Positions 26,390 through 40,810 are shown, counted from the first letter of the stretch. The stretch: 64,000 nucleotides of DNA from Eledone cirrhosa (GCA_964016885.1 OZ024746.1:74958001-75022000), one strand, 5' to 3'. A program made the numbers and translations. Notes: generated by a model from the sequence alone, not told the origin.

Positions 26390-26570
26390 CGATAAAATAT
26401 AGTGTAGGAACTCTGAGGCAAGCCAATACGCTCGCAGCATTGCCACGGTTGATGGCAAGGCTAAGGCCCTGACACAAACAAACGCCTCAGTAAAGTGAGC
26501 CGCCAGCGATGACACGAACTTTGCTCTCAACGGCCCAACTCCACCAAATGTCTCGAACGCCACAAGCTGA
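26390..26570 (-). mobile_element. CRE-like LINE C-terminal (RLE) fragment
   Basis: FQLVAFETFGGVGPLRAKFV matches the F.PVA.ET.G..GP motif of CRE-clade endonuclease tails. Confidence 0.5.
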
Positions 26571-26849
26571 AAAAAAATAATAATTACTAGATAAATGCAG
26601 GTATCGTGTAGCAAATTTCCTCTACAGCGATATCATATATTAAACTGTTAAAATAAGATACTTGCACGTAAATATGAACTTTTTAGTATTTGGAAAGGTA
26701 AGGTTATTTAAAAAATGTGATTCTTTTGACATGCTTTGTTAGTAAACATGAAACATAGAGTTGCTGTTATTTTAACTCATCATGAAAACGGAAAGTTCGC
26801 ATGGTATGGTAGCAAAAGATGCCAATTGCAGCATACACCATTATCAGGC

Positions 26850-27080
26850 TCCCTAGTGTAGCCAGTCTTTGGGATACCACTCTAAACGTTTTCACAATCA
26901 GCCGTCGTGACTTGTATCTATTCTGCGTTATGTGTAAAAGTGTTTCGATTTTGTGACCTGTACTTTCTTTGATGTTGTTGGACCAGGATTTTCTTTGTGT
27001 GACTCTTCTTGGTCCTCCCTGAAGAATGGTTTTACACAGGGAGTCGTGGCGAAATACGTCACAGTAGCAAGCAAGCATCC
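26850..27080 (-). mobile_element. RTE LINE 3' fragment
   Basis: RHDSLCKTILQG...QRKSWSNNIKESTG. Confidence 0.65.
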
Positions 27081-27486
27081 GTCATGGCATTTCTCTACTT
27101 AACTCATTTATTATGAAGGCGGAGAGTTGGTAGAATCACTAAAAAAGAAGGAATGAAGTCGATCGTCAGTTCAGATCAAGAACACAATATTTCTGTTGTT
27201 TTTTTTTTCTTTGCAAATATTGTTTGGCGGTCGCAATTTATAGTAGAAGGAGCAACGTGAAATAAACTATTTTGCGTAATAACACACCGAGTCGCTCGGT
27301 TCAGAGATCGAGACGATGACCTTATGATTATACTTCCCGAATCTTAAGCCCTAAGCCACACGCCTTTGATAAAAGCTTTCGAGAAAATTTTATGCAGTTC
27401 TTGTTTCATCTCTCTACTTTCTGAGTTCAAATCCTGTTGGTGTCTACTTCGCCTTTCATCTTTCCGACGTCGATGAAATAAATAAT

Positions 27487-28165
27487 TGTTTCTACTTTTG
27501 GCACAAGGCCAGCAATAACACAGTGCATTACTGGTACTTTATTTTATCGACCCCGTAAGGATGAAAGGCAAAGTTAACCTCGGCGGGATTTGAACTCAGA
27601 AAGCAAGGGCCGTAACTCTATGCGTCAAAGCATGGCGTCCGACCCTCCACCGATACTGCCAATTCAAAAACTGGCATTGATGTTTATCGACTTTCCCCAA
27701 AATTGCTGACCTTGGGACTATATTAGAAACTGTTATTTAAAAAATTACATTGCGACGGTAGTGGGCGTAGTGATATTTTTGCCATACATATCTATGTAAA
27801 TGGATGGAGATAGCTTTAACAGGGAATCGAAACCGTATTCCCGTCTTCGTTCAAGAAACCCTCTTTTCTCTCGCTCCACACGCATACTCACATCTAAATA
27901 CTACATAGAGTGTTAAAATATTTTAGTTCTTTTCGCTGCCTGTCGAGCATTGGGGCGACTTTCGTTGATTCTGTAGCAATTAGATTAATTGATTCTACTT
28001 TAGGCACAAGGCCAGCAATTACCCAGTGCATTACTGGTACTTTATTTTATCGACCCCGCAAGGATGAAAGGCAAAGTCAACCTCGGCGGGATTTGAACTC
28101 AGATCGTAAAGGGACGTAACTATGCTGGAAAGCATGGCGTCCGACTCTCTACCGATACTGCCAAT
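27487..28165 (-). mobile_element. Two SINE family 1 copies (27487-27662, 27992-28165)
   Basis: Near-consensus sequence with A and B boxes on the minus strand. Confidence 0.85.
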
Positions 28166-28684
28166 CTACATTAGATTAATGAAGGTTAGTTTGCTAGCGT
28201 TGCGCTCCAACCCTCCCCACGTCATCATATAGACAAAAAACCAGCCTAGGATAGGATCTTAATTTCAGGTATTTTCAGCCAGAGCTATCTGAGCATGGGA
28301 CGCAAATCATTTCATTCTATTTTCAAAGGCTGTCTAGTATTATAGTATAATGGTTTTAAAAATTCCAAGCAACATAACTCTCTATCATTAGCTTAAGAGT
28401 TATTTCCCTTTACAAAACTAAATTAGGTAGATTGTCAAAATTGTTTAAAGTGTCAAATAACATTATGTCAGGTATTTATTTACAATACTTAACGTTCTGA
28501 AATTAGTTTAAGTTTACAATCTGAGATCGAATCCTGCCATTAACAAAATTGAATTTATTTTTCCTGGTTTGATAGCATTAGGCAAGTACGATTTAGTTTA
28601 TTTATTCATCCGCGGCCTAAAATGTGTGACACTGAACCTGAGTTAGAAAACCATATCATAACCAATGTTTATAATATAGATTTG

Positions 28685-28738
<54 letters not shown>

Positions 28739-28740
28739 TA

Positions 28741-28812
<72 letters not shown>

Positions 28813-29559
28813 TACAGTATATTTCTTTACGAGACAAACGTCATCTACTTCAACCATACTAAATAAGGTTGTTCAGACACTAAACAAACTTCAGACTATG
28901 GACGATTTAAAAAAAACGATGGCATTGAAATAAACTGCGTGGGAAATGTTGATGAGAAATGTTCTAAATGCGTCGTATTCAGGTAGATGAAGGAAATATT
29001 CTTTAGGGACACCTAGAGAAAACTTCCGTTCAATTTTTGTTGTTGTACTACCCACCTCTTTAGTTGAGGCACGTGGCCTAGTGGTAAGGTTGTTGGACTT
29101 ACAATCATAATGTCATGGGTTCAATTCCTGGGCTGTTGTGTTCTTAAGCAAACATTTAATTTTACGTTGTTCCAGTATACTCAGCTGAAAATGGGTTTAA
29201 AGCTGCGATAGACTGGCGTCCTGTCCAGAGGAATCTTGTACTCTCATTTGCTTCACGCCACGAAACCGGGATAAACACCAGGCTGACGAGCCTGATGGCT
29301 TGAGACAGACATTAGACTAGGCTTAGACTACTACCCTTTTCCCTCCTGAGATTAAAAAGCTATTAACTTGAACTATTGATAAGTGAATCAAATTTAGATC
29401 TGATATTAGGTCATATAACCTAAGCTTTAGTATATATATATATATAAGAGGCTTAGCTCTGTTTCTCGACCGTTATATCGCGTGACTATCTCCCCCTCCG
29501 CCTTTGGGATTCTTTCTCACGTCGTGTAGACGCGTTCTTGAAGCTAGTAAAATGAGGTA

Positions 29560-29649
29560 TCCTCTTGATAAGTCGGCAGACCTCGCAAAGGCTCTATATC
29601 TTTATGATGTACTGTTTTTGTTTATGCCACGAAACTACGTAGTCGAGGA
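29560..29649 (+). ncRNA. Type I hammerhead ribozyme, U3-A8 variant (family P4 solo copy, element about 29447-29722)
   Basis: TCCTC-TTGATAA-GTCGGCA...TGCCAC-GAAA-CTACGTAG-TC^GAGGA; element flanked by (TA)n. Confidence 0.7.
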
Positions 29650-29742
29650 ATCTAGGAACAGTTTAGGTATGATACATTTTATTACTAATTATATCTAAAT
29701 GTTCCTTCTCTCTTCATAATGTATATATATATATATATATAT

Positions 29743-29880
29743 ATAACGAAGGAAATGTGGTAAGGAACCAGATGGACCATAACGCACCAAAGTACTCAAT
29801 ACTTAGGATAGTAGAGTGGGTAATAGGAACAAGTATGACCCCGACGGCAGAGCTCAAGCCGTTTCGACGGCTAATTCTGG
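29743..29880 (-). mobile_element. Family P1 element, 5'-truncated
   Basis: Reverse complement of 10500-10632, between (TA)n tracts. Confidence 0.75.
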
Positions 29881-29890
29881 ACTACGTGTT

Positions 29891-29955
<65 letters not shown>

Positions 29956-30059
29956 GGAGGGGGTAGTGTAGTGTAGCGTCGACACCTCGTTAGTGTAGGG
30001 GCTAACTTATTCGCATGGTATCAGAGAGACACGCTGTATGATTCTCGCAGACCTTTCAG

Positions 30060-30106
<47 letters not shown>

Positions 30107-30455
30107 CACTCACACACACACACACACACACACATACATATATATATATATGAAGGTATGTGGCTGAGTGTTTAGAAAACTGGATTCGCAATCGTGAGGT
30201 TGTCAGTTCGATTCCCGGACCGGATGATGTGTTATGTCCTTGAGCAAGACACTTTATTTCACCTTGCTCCTTCTACCTGGAGTTGCGACAGATAGATAGT
30301 ATTAGCGATTGGAAAGACCAATGAAAGTATTATTTCCTCGGTCCGATTTGACGAAAGTCGATCGTTCCTGATGAAAGAAAATGTTCTCCCGTTCGTGCTT
30401 TCCTCTTATTTGTAAATACACCTTATCCAACAACTACACAGCCCCCTTTTATATA

Positions 30456-30540
<85 letters not shown>

Positions 30541-31095
30541 ACAGATTGTATTGAGTTATATACATGTTACATGAAAAGCAACATGATCCTTAGAAGCATG
30601 GTGTTTTAAGAATCATGTTTGTTTTCCTTCTTTGAGTGACAGGTGATTAGTGAAAATTCTGCAGATATCGCCATCATACATATTTCTTGATTATCATTGG
30701 TATATAATATGTTCATGTGTCTTATGCAATCAGATTTTGGACAGCAGTCTTGATGACTTTCAAGCATTTTAAAATGCTTGCTTGTCTCGCTTTTGACTTC
30801 GTGCGATTAATCAATTCGCTCACAGGAAAAAGAATTTGACAAGTGTGAGTAAATGTTAACCCTTTGTCTGTTCCTGCTTCGATAGGAGTTCTGTTTTCCG
30901 TCCTGTGAATTGCATGAACCAACTTTACGTGGGATATACTTTTCCACCTCCATTTTTATTACCCGGCACAAATCTGCTTTTTCTATGTCAAGCAATTTGT
31001 TGCAAACCCTTCCAAATCCTCCTCCTCCATTTTCTTCTTCTTCTTCTTCTTCTTCTTCTTCTTCTTCTTCTTCTTCTTCTTCTTCTTCTTGAGAG

Positions 31096-31520
31096 AGTCA
31101 TGGAGTCAGGGTCCCAAGTGAGACCAACCAAGTTGATGGATACTTTTCTTCCCGCTGTGTGGTTCGTTTTGCTACTCTCGCGCAGATTACCTCGTCGAAC
31201 TCGACGTCACTATCCGATGTTATCCTGAACTCATCTGCAATGTTAATTTTGACTGTACTGACTGGCAACAGGTGAGACTTACCGTGAAATTCGGTGGCCT
31301 CTGCCTCCGAACCACTTCTTACTTGGCATTGCCGCCCTACCTGTTCACAGTCGCCCAAGTCGAACCCTCATCAACGAGGTTCCCTGCAAGACGCCAGAAC
31401 CATCTGTTATCCTGCCGCCATAGCGCAGGCCGGTTCCCTCGACACGTCGCTCTAAACAACATCATTAGAAGGAGCCTCGACGAAGCTGGCTTCAAGTCGA
31501 GCTGGTCTCGACTATGATGA
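31096..31520 (+). mobile_element. Rearranged CRE-clade LINE fragments next to (TTC)n
   Basis: VKFGGLCLRTTSYLALPPYL and HLLSCRHSAGRFPRHVALNNIIRRSL on +; TWLVSLGTL segment inverted; (TTC)n at about 31032-31090. Confidence 0.6.
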
Positions 31521-31815
31521 TGGTAATCACCTAGACAGAATAATCTTCTTCGTATCATACTATCATAACATCACACAACACTACCTTACAATGCTAAACC
31601 ACTCACAGACACACACACACACACACACACACACATACGAAACCGCTGCCATATAATAAGCAACACCACACATATAAAAACATACACAATAGGACCCCCA
31701 TTCCATCACCAAAATCACACATAAACACCACAACCGCCATTTCACCATCCCCACACATACACAACAACACATTCATATACACTAACATTCACATCACAAA
31801 CACCGTTTAATCTCC

Positions 31816-31858
<43 letters not shown>

Positions 31859-32144
31859 ACACCCACACACACACACCCCACACACACACTGTCATCGCCA
31901 TTCCATCATTAACGCCACACACATACGACATACATACACACAACCACCATATCATTATATATATATGTCAGTTTAAGTAAGCCACTCATTACGCCAGCTT
32001 GCTTTAATTCTCTATTGCGTAATTACAATACTGGTTGCTAATAGCAATTCAAGTAACTAAAGCAATGAACAAACTACCACTACCACTACCACCACCACTA
32101 CTACTACCACTACCACTACCACCACCACTACTACTACCACTACC

Positions 32145-32175
<31 letters not shown>

Positions 32176-32200
32176 GATAAATATATAGACTTATATAAGA

Positions 32201-33343
32201 CTAGCAGTGTATCCGGCGTTGCACGGGTAAGAATATTGTTAATAGCACCTCCAATGAGAAACGTTTATTTGTGAGTGCCTGTTAAAACTCACGAAAATAT
32301 ACCGAAACTTGTTTTATTTGGGAAACTTGTTTTATTTGGAGAAAATTAAGAAGTTGAAAGTACAGTTTAGCTGTCTACGTGCATTGTTCATAGAAATATT
32401 GTTGAGCCCCTTCTTTTCATACTCCTCTGTTTTGGTCTATTGGAGTAAATGTGAAATAGAAAGTCAAAGGTTAAGTTGGCAGAAGGTTCCAGTGTCATAG
32501 CCGTAAGACGTAGGCTACTTACCTCAAAAGTTCATTCGCACTCTTTCCACTAAGTTACTCTTTCTCTCTATCCCTCTCGGTGCAGTCTCTTGCGAATTTC
32601 TCGCGTAGGCCTGGTGTAGATTTGCACTCAATCCATCTGCCCGATGCACATGTCCATTTGTACAGCTTTCGGAGGAAGGAGTGACCAGTAGTACGTTGTT
32701 CGGTTTTATTACGAAAAGGTGTAGCAGAGAATCGCGCGTGAACTAACAGCTCGGGAGGAAACTTCTTACCTCGAAGATCCATTCATCATCGTTCTTGTCA
32801 ACGCTCCGTTTAGTTGGTATTTGTTGGTCTACAGTTAGATGAATGGCGCACAAAGGGTTAATGTTTATTGGCAAGAAATAGCAACGGGGCAGGCTTGCCT
32901 CGCTTATATTATATATTAAAATAACAGATTAAAGTTTAAGCAAAGAATCAAACTGTGAACGCAGAAGTAAATATTTCGAAAAATGTTGCAACCGAAGGAA
33001 AACAGGAAGACGATACTTTGGTTTGTGAAGACGTTCCCTGGCAATGAACGGAAAATAGCGAACATAATACGTCATCAATGTTTGTCATAATGTCGTAATG
33101 CAGACAGCTAGGCATACAGACAGATATTATAAGGGCGCGACGGAGATCGATAACCAGCGCCTAACACCCCTTTAACAATAGAAAATTGAAAAATAAAAGT
33201 TGCAGTTAATATCTTTAGACCGCAAGGAATATATAAATGCAAGTTTGAAGTCAATCGGAGTAGAAATGTGGATTTGTATAGACTTTGCAAAAATGAAGAC
33301 ACACACACAAATAGACAACTACAGTTTTATATATATGTATAGA
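32201..33343 (-). mobile_element. Non-autonomous Helitron
   Basis: Minus strand A|TCTATACATATATATAAAA...TACCCGTGCAACGCCGGATA (hairpin) CACTG-CTAG|T: 5' TC, 3' hairpin plus CTAG, AT target, no TSD. Confidence 0.8.
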
Positions 33344-33479
33344 TGTTTGCTTGAAGCATTGTGAAAAGAGTAGAATATAATGTTTTATTTGAAGACTACA
33401 GTATGTGAATTGGACAGTAAATGTTAAAAATATGATGACAATGATGTTACGATGTTACCCTACATATCTTTATAGGGCC

Positions 33480-34020
33480 TTATATTTCGGGATAAAATCC
33501 CTTCACCAAAAGATTAATAGAAGAATCCAGTTCGAAGCTGTATACGTTTTGTCGTACTTAAGCTGACAATTTTTAAAATTTGAAATGTTTTTGTTTTTTT
33601 CAACGCTGGATGTGGTGAATGATTCACCTGTATGTGATATAATCTATATCCTCATCTAAGCTATTGTTATATAATGTTTTTAATGGAATGAAGTGTGGTA
33701 CTGTCTATGTTAGTCACTAGGTACTGATTTCTAGTCTATTGTTGATTTGAGGATTTAGTTTGGCTATTAGATTCCTTTATTCTGATATTGCCGATATTCC
33801 TATCTCTTCGGCAGTGACTGTTATATCTTTGATGTTCCTGCATTCATCTATATGTTTCTTGAAGGACGATGTGTGTGTGTTGGTGTTCTTCGGTATGGAT
33901 GTGTAGTGATCATATAGTTCTATCAACATTGGACACGGTGTATCATGTATGTCCGTAGGCACATATCTGTATTACTGATGGATTAGTTCGCTAGGGTGCA
34001 TTAGTTATTGTCGTCTTTAA
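33480..34020 (-). mobile_element. Penelope-like element relic (GIY-YIG C-terminus plus degenerate hammerhead)
   Basis: Frameshifted HTEEHQ..SSFKKHIDEC...NIRIKES/LIAKLNPQINNR, followed by TTGGTGA-A-GGGAT TTT ATCCC-GAAA at 33509-33485. Confidence 0.55.
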
Positions 34021-35818
34021 GCTGTTTTTAAAAATTTTTTTTTTTTATAAGCATTTAGGTAGCGAAGGACCGAAGAGGGCTAACCGGATATCCCGTCACC
34101 TTCTGCGGTTGATACGGTATACAGCCATGCTTATCATGTTGAAGTGTGGCAACTTCAGGAGACAGATGCTGGAAGAGGTTTGTTTCCTGGGCTCTCAGCC
34201 CAGGAGACAAAAGACGGTGGATGCTGGACATCCGTTGGCCTCTAGCATCTTTAAGAAATGTGTAGTATGGCATACTCGGTCCTCCACCTTGCTGCATCGT
34301 ACATTTATCTTATTAGAGAGGTCAGGGGATATTTTGGTTTATTTCGCAGGTTGTTAAAGATAGATTGTTTGAAGTGAGGAGTTTTAGATCAAGTTCATAG
34401 TTAGCAGAATTATAAGACCACTACAAAGAGATCCTCAACTCACACCATCCTTCAACAAACACATAAATAAGAGCAGAAAGATAAAGAAAGATATAACCGT
34501 TACTATTGAATCCAAGGAATTGAATACCAGCAATCTAAAAATAAATTAGTATATATTAATATCTGAACTGAAATTTCAAACCAACAATAGACTAGGACTT
34601 AACACCGAGTGGCCAACATAGACATTCACAGCACCGTGTTGGAAATACTTTTTATTTATTTAATTGTTTTTTCCTGATTCGTTATGAAGGGACAGTCAGT
34701 GCTCATGAAGCATGTCAAAATCATCGGTGAGGAGCAGGTATATTCGAAATTCTTACAACTGAATGGACTCCACTAAAGGTGCTTAAAGATGGATTAACAC
34801 TACCATCGAAGTTCTTCGCTTGAACTTTCAGCTAAGAACCCAAAGACACGCTGTAAATACTGCAAATTATCTCGTTTATCGCCCTAAAAGTTCTGCTAAC
34901 TTTTATCTTTTCAATCCGGAAAAGATGAAAGACACATTTGACCTCAGAGACGTCTAGCGAATCACCAACATTAAAATGAAAAAAAAAAACCCCAAAAAAA
35001 ACTGAGTGTTCAAAAGTAAACCAGCCAAAGAAATAAATATTCTATAATATGTGGAAACCGGTGTATACAGATGCAACCCAAATATTGGAAAATGATGGCA
35101 ATTTTCAATTGTTTTATCCCATCAATCATTAACAAGACAACATCTATGCGTTTATTATGCGAAAAGACTTTTATAAATGCTGCAATAAAGTCTTCGTAGT
35201 TGAAAGAGCACATTGAGATGATGCGGACAGATGAGTAAAACAGATATTTTCAATTTTTAAGTCGCTGAATGAAACATTTGGAAGATGTTTTACCTTAATA
35301 TCTTTCTCATGTCATCATCACATATTTAAAGAGAAAATGATGTCCTCTTACAATATATCTTTTAACATAAAAATAGAATATCACAGCTGTAAAAGAATTC
35401 ATAGAAATTTTTCTGAAGAAGAACTCTCAAACTATTCTTAAAGTTCTTTATCACATTTGAAGGAAAAGAAGACAAACATTACAAAATGAAGTCAATATAG
35501 GCTGAAGTACTGGAGGTTGTCTCAGTGAAAATCTGAAACAGGTGACCAAAGAAACAATTGTATTTTAATTACGCTATAGGTTGTGTAATATATATATCTA
35601 CTACAAACTCTTTCCACAAACCGAGGGCTCTCTAAAATTTTCTTTGCCAAACTATATTACTATATATATATAGTAATAATAATAAATTTGAAGACTAAAT
35701 CAAAAAGAGGGCTCGAAATATCCACTTCTGCGTTTACAGATTGACTTTGTTAGTTTCAGAAGATCCCGTTAAGGGTAAAAGCAGCGATTCTTTGCTTAAA
35801 CTTTAATCTGTTATTTTA

Positions 35819-35890
<72 letters not shown>

Positions 35891-35895
<5 letters not shown>

Positions 35896-36017
35896 TTGCG
35901 AGGTTTTTAATATGAAATCGTGTGTCGAAACAAATATTGTTATAATTGGGGAGGGTCATATTGTAATAATATTGCCAGAATTAATTCTGGCAATATTATT
36001 ACAACAATATGAGCCTC

Positions 36018-36020
<3 letters not shown>
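35891..36020 (-). mobile_element. (TA)n-inserted element family P5 with fold-back arm
   Basis: Palindrome 35948-36020 centred on CCAGAATTAATTCTGG; same tail as 62919-63163. Confidence 0.7.
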
Positions 36021-36098
<78 letters not shown>

Positions 36099-36130
36099 CT
36101 TATATATGTATATATATATATATTTGCTTA

Positions 36131-36174
<44 letters not shown>

Positions 36175-36178
36175 GTTA

Positions 36179-36289
<111 letters not shown>

Positions 36290-36432
36290 CGGAACGGACG
36301 ATAAATGTTCCAATTAATAATTAATGTGCGAGTGACTGAGCACTCCACAGATACCTGTACCTATAATTTGGCTAACAAAGATATTTAGAATGAAAAGACT
36401 AGAAGTTTAAATTACGTATGTATGTATGTAAG

Positions 36433-36573
<141 letters not shown>

Positions 36574-36658
36574 AAAGTTATATTTAAATTGTTGGGTTAC
36601 AACTAGTAAATATTTATAACTGATATAAAAGCACTCAACAAGTATTTGGAGTATATTT

Positions 36659-37048
36659 ACGATATTAAATAAATGGAAACTATATTTATAAAACCATATT
36701 TATTTCATTATATATATTTCAGGGATATCATATTAACAATATGTTATGCCTTCTTCAGACAAAATACAATATAGACAGTTTTATAAATAAATAGATTTGA
36801 CATACCGTTCAACATCGACTTGTATTTGAAAAGTTGATTTGGCAAATCAACTTTGCCAAATTTGCCAAATCAACTTTTCAAATACAAGTCGATGTTGAAC
36901 GGTATGTCAAATCTATTTATTTATAAAACTGTCTATATTGTATTTTGTCTGAAGAAGGCATAACATATTGTTAATATGATATCCCTGAAATATATATAAT
37001 GAAATAAATATGGTTTTATAAATATAGTTTCCATTTATTTAATATCGT
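36659..37048. repeat. Long inverted repeat (189-bp arms, 12-nt loop)
   Basis: 36659-36847 is the reverse complement of 36860-37048, with no mismatch noticed by eye. The arm contains CTGAAGA-(long stem)-GAAA at 36949-36990. Confidence 0.9.
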
Positions 37049-37059
37049 TATTTAATATC

Positions 37060-37109
<50 letters not shown>

Positions 37110-37813
37110 GTATATATATATATACATACATCTCGGGTCGTTGGCGACTAAACTGGCAACCACACTAAGGTTTCTTGGTGAGGAGGGTGACTTTGGACAT
37201 CCTGCAGGACTAAAAACAAAACCTGTCAAAGGGCAAAGGAGCTTTTAAGAGTCAATGGCCATCCAAAATCACCGGGAGAGATGACCCCTTAGCCTTTGTC
37301 AAGGCAGAATTCTAGGAGAAGGAAAACTCTGATATAACACCTGCAACCCTGATGGTATCCAATGATGTTGACTTGTTCTTCTTTTTGGTAAATATCATCT
37401 TGGTTAAGAGAGTGGGACTGGCTTTGTGCAGTGCCTTTGCTCGCTATAAAATCTTCACGGCACAGGCATTGCTTTATATCTGGAGATCTCTCTGCACTTG
37501 TCGTCACATGGTACCATGGGCCCAGCACTATGTGTCAATAATTGTCACAAGTGTAGTGTTTGTACCAGAGTTTTCAAGTCGCTGGCTGGACTAAAAAGTC
37601 ACACTTGTTCAGCGCATCGGTAGGGGTTCTCCTACATGGATATAAAGTAGTGGCCGTACTCGAAAACGAGTTGGCAGCCACCATATATATATATAGTAAT
37701 AATAATAAATTTGAAGACTAAAATCCAAAGAGGGCTCGATAGGGATAAATATATATCAAATATATAAGAACCGTAGAGCAAATATATATATGTATGTATA
37801 TATACACACACAC

Positions 37814-37893
<80 letters not shown>

Positions 37894-39017
37894 GTGTGTG
37901 TGTGTGTGTATGTATAATCACATGTCTGTGAATGTGAACAATAAAAAGTGATTTCGTAGTTGCTTCCCTCTGTCAAGTTAATCCGATTTAATCCGGTAGA
38001 AATATGCCACATCTACAACCTACCCAACCTATGAAACTCAGGAAATAAGATCTATTACTTTTCTTCATTGTTATATAAATATAGGCACCAAGAAAGTAAT
38101 GAATGCCACTACATTGGCTGTAGATCAGCTTGAACTGTAATGTTTCTCTACTTATATTCAGTAAGGTCTACAAATCGTTAACTACGATGAAAACAAAAAT
38201 ATAAATTACAGCTCACACCTATACAGGTTTCTAGAGTGTCTTAACGATATGGCGCTCAGTTCTATAAAGAAAAGGCAAGATAAGATGAATGGTCTTGCTC
38301 AAGGACACAACATGCCACCTCACACCACCTTCATCAATCGAATATATGAGTTTATGATCGTTAGTCTAACACATCTTCACGATAACTCTGCTGAAACATG
38401 GATAAACACAAAAGGGAAGGGAATTACAGTGAGAGGGGGCATATGTAAGAAGGTGAGGGGGTAGGATGAGAGAATAAATAAAGATTGGGAGGTATGTAGA
38501 CTGAAGCTATCCTCTCACACAACCTTATATTCTATTTGTTTATACATCTGTGAGATCTGATGTTTCCGGCCTTTCTTCGTCATAAGTATTATCCCTGCGC
38601 TCATTTTATTTTCTTAGTTTTTTTTAATACCTTATGCTGTTTTCTTTTGCTGTTGCTTTTGCTGATATTTACTGAGGTTCCTGTTTTTTTTTCTTTTGTT
38701 CTTTTTTTCATTTTGAAATTCGATAAGGGGTTATTATATGTTGATGTCGTCGTTTATATTTTAAAGTTGCTATCAGGATTAGAACAAAAGTTTAGGTAAG
38801 AGGAGAGATGGAGAAAGAGAGAATTAGAAAGAGAATGTAGAAGAGAGAAAGAATGTGTTAATGTGAAATGGTGTGAGAATGAGACTGTGAAAGAGAGAGA
38901 GAGAGAGGGAGTGGGTGAGAGAGAAAATTAAGGATTATTATGAAAGACGATCAACATTTGTTTTATCTTTTTGGCATTGTATTTGTTAAATCCCGAAGGC
39001 TAAACAACCAGGATGTT

Positions 39018-39048
39018 TATATAAAAGCTTGGAAGTTCGTAGTTAGTT
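39018..39048 (+). promoter_or_regulatory. TATA box and Inr-like element of chitin-binding gene A
   Basis: TATATAAAAG at 39018-39027, TTAGTT about 25 nt downstream, ATG about 100 nt further on. Confidence 0.6.
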
Positions 39049-39146
39049 AACTTCACAAAATTTCGGTCGCCCGTATTCTTCTGAAATTCTATTATATCAT
39101 CGAATTCAACACCTATTGATATTATTATTATCTCTCGCATTTTCCA

Positions 39147-39432
39147 ATGATGTATCTTCTATCTACCATTGCCCTTCTGCTTATATCTGCTTCCGTACAC
39201 CGTTCTCATTATATTGCACGACTGTGTAACACAATGCGACTTTCAGATGGAGCCTATTTCGTGAGATCTCCAACCAACTGCAGTAACTTCTACACGTGTA
39301 AAGGGATCCTTACGTTTCCTATTTTGATGACATGTGGCACCGGTTCCGTATTTTCGCAAGCCCATCAAGTGTGTGTCTATCCGAAGAGCTATTTCGATGA
39401 CTGTGCAATCGATGTTTACAGAGGCAAAATGC
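39147..39432 (+). CDS. Secreted double-CBM14 (peritrophin-A) protein A, exon 1
   Basis: Signal-like MMYLLSTIALLLISAS; C-x17-C-x5-C-x11-C-x12-C-x9-C; donor C|GTAAGT, phase 1. Confidence 0.88.
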
Positions 39433-39673
39433 GTAAGTCTGGATATTTTTGCATATTGACACAATCGTGTGTTTGTGTGTGTATGTGTCTGTGTGTGTGT
39501 AGTGTCGGTTTTACCATTGTCTGTAGTTTTGCTTAGCACAGGGACCCGTTGGCCAGTGGGAACCCATCTTCCTGCAAAAAAAAAATCTTACGATAAATTT
39601 TTCAAATGTTTGTCAAATGTTCAAATTTAACTAACACAGGACCTCATTTCTCCTAAATCCGACACTGTGTGTG

Positions 39674-39765
<92 letters not shown>

Positions 39766-40222
39766 GTTAGGGTGTTAATTCACGATGTTAAAGCCGTGAG
39801 TTCGATTTCCAGCGACGTATTGTCTTTCAACAAACACTTTTTCACGTTACTCCAGACTATTCACACTCACGCTGAATCTCCTTGAGAGTAAAATTAAAGC
39901 TACACCTATCTATGGAAATGTACAACCACCTCCACGTTTATTTCTTTAGCAGAATATTCTGTGGATCAAACAACTAGAACGTTGGAGTTCCAGCAACATG
40001 TATGTATTTACATATGTATACACATCAAACATACATTTATGAAAGTATAAGTATGATATATATATATTTACTGAGACGAGTAAGAAGATTTTTCAACGCT
40101 TTAGAGAAAGTAGTGAATAATTTTAAAAAAAAAACATATAAGCCCTACGATCAAGCTTCAGCCATTTCAAAACGGTTTAAACTTGAAAATAGGATATGCT
40201 CACACACGCGCGCACACACACG

Positions 40223-40335
<113 letters not shown>

Positions 40336-40625
40336 CCACGCATAAATACACACATATAGATAAATATATATATATATATCGTAGTTGAAGTTATCCATAT
40401 AAAGTTGTCCATATAATCAGCATGAGGTTCGTGTGTACATGCCATGTGTGTTTGTGTCCGTATGTATGTATGTACGTACATATGTATGTACATATGCATA
40501 TAAATATGCGTATCTGCGTGCGCTTGTGTGCGTACATACGTGTGTATGTGTGTGTCTACATGTGTGTATATCTACGTGAGTGCACATGTCTCTGTTATAA
40601 AATAAATAGATGTCTGTTTTAACAG

Positions 40626-40810
40626 ATGATTCTCTTTGCTTGAAATTTACCGGTATGAATATCGACCCGAAATATTGTAACCGCTTCATACCTTGCTACA
40701 ACGGCACCTCCTACCCTTCTTTGGCTTGTCAACGAGGCCTTCACTTCAGTTTTAAGCAGCAGCGGTGCATGAGTGCAGCCATTGCTGGGTGTCCCCTTTT
40801 GCATGGATAG
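40626..40810 (+). CDS. Secreted double-CBM14 protein A, exon 2
   Basis: TTTTAACAG acceptor, phase 1; HDSLCLKFTGMNIDPKYCNRFIPCYNGTSYPSLACQRGLHFSFKQQRCMSAAIAGCPLLHG*; spliced product 156 aa. Confidence 0.88.

Noticed and set aside
30340-30400. CTGATGA near CGAAAG as a hammerhead
   Set aside because: Could not build compatible stems I-III around the motifs.
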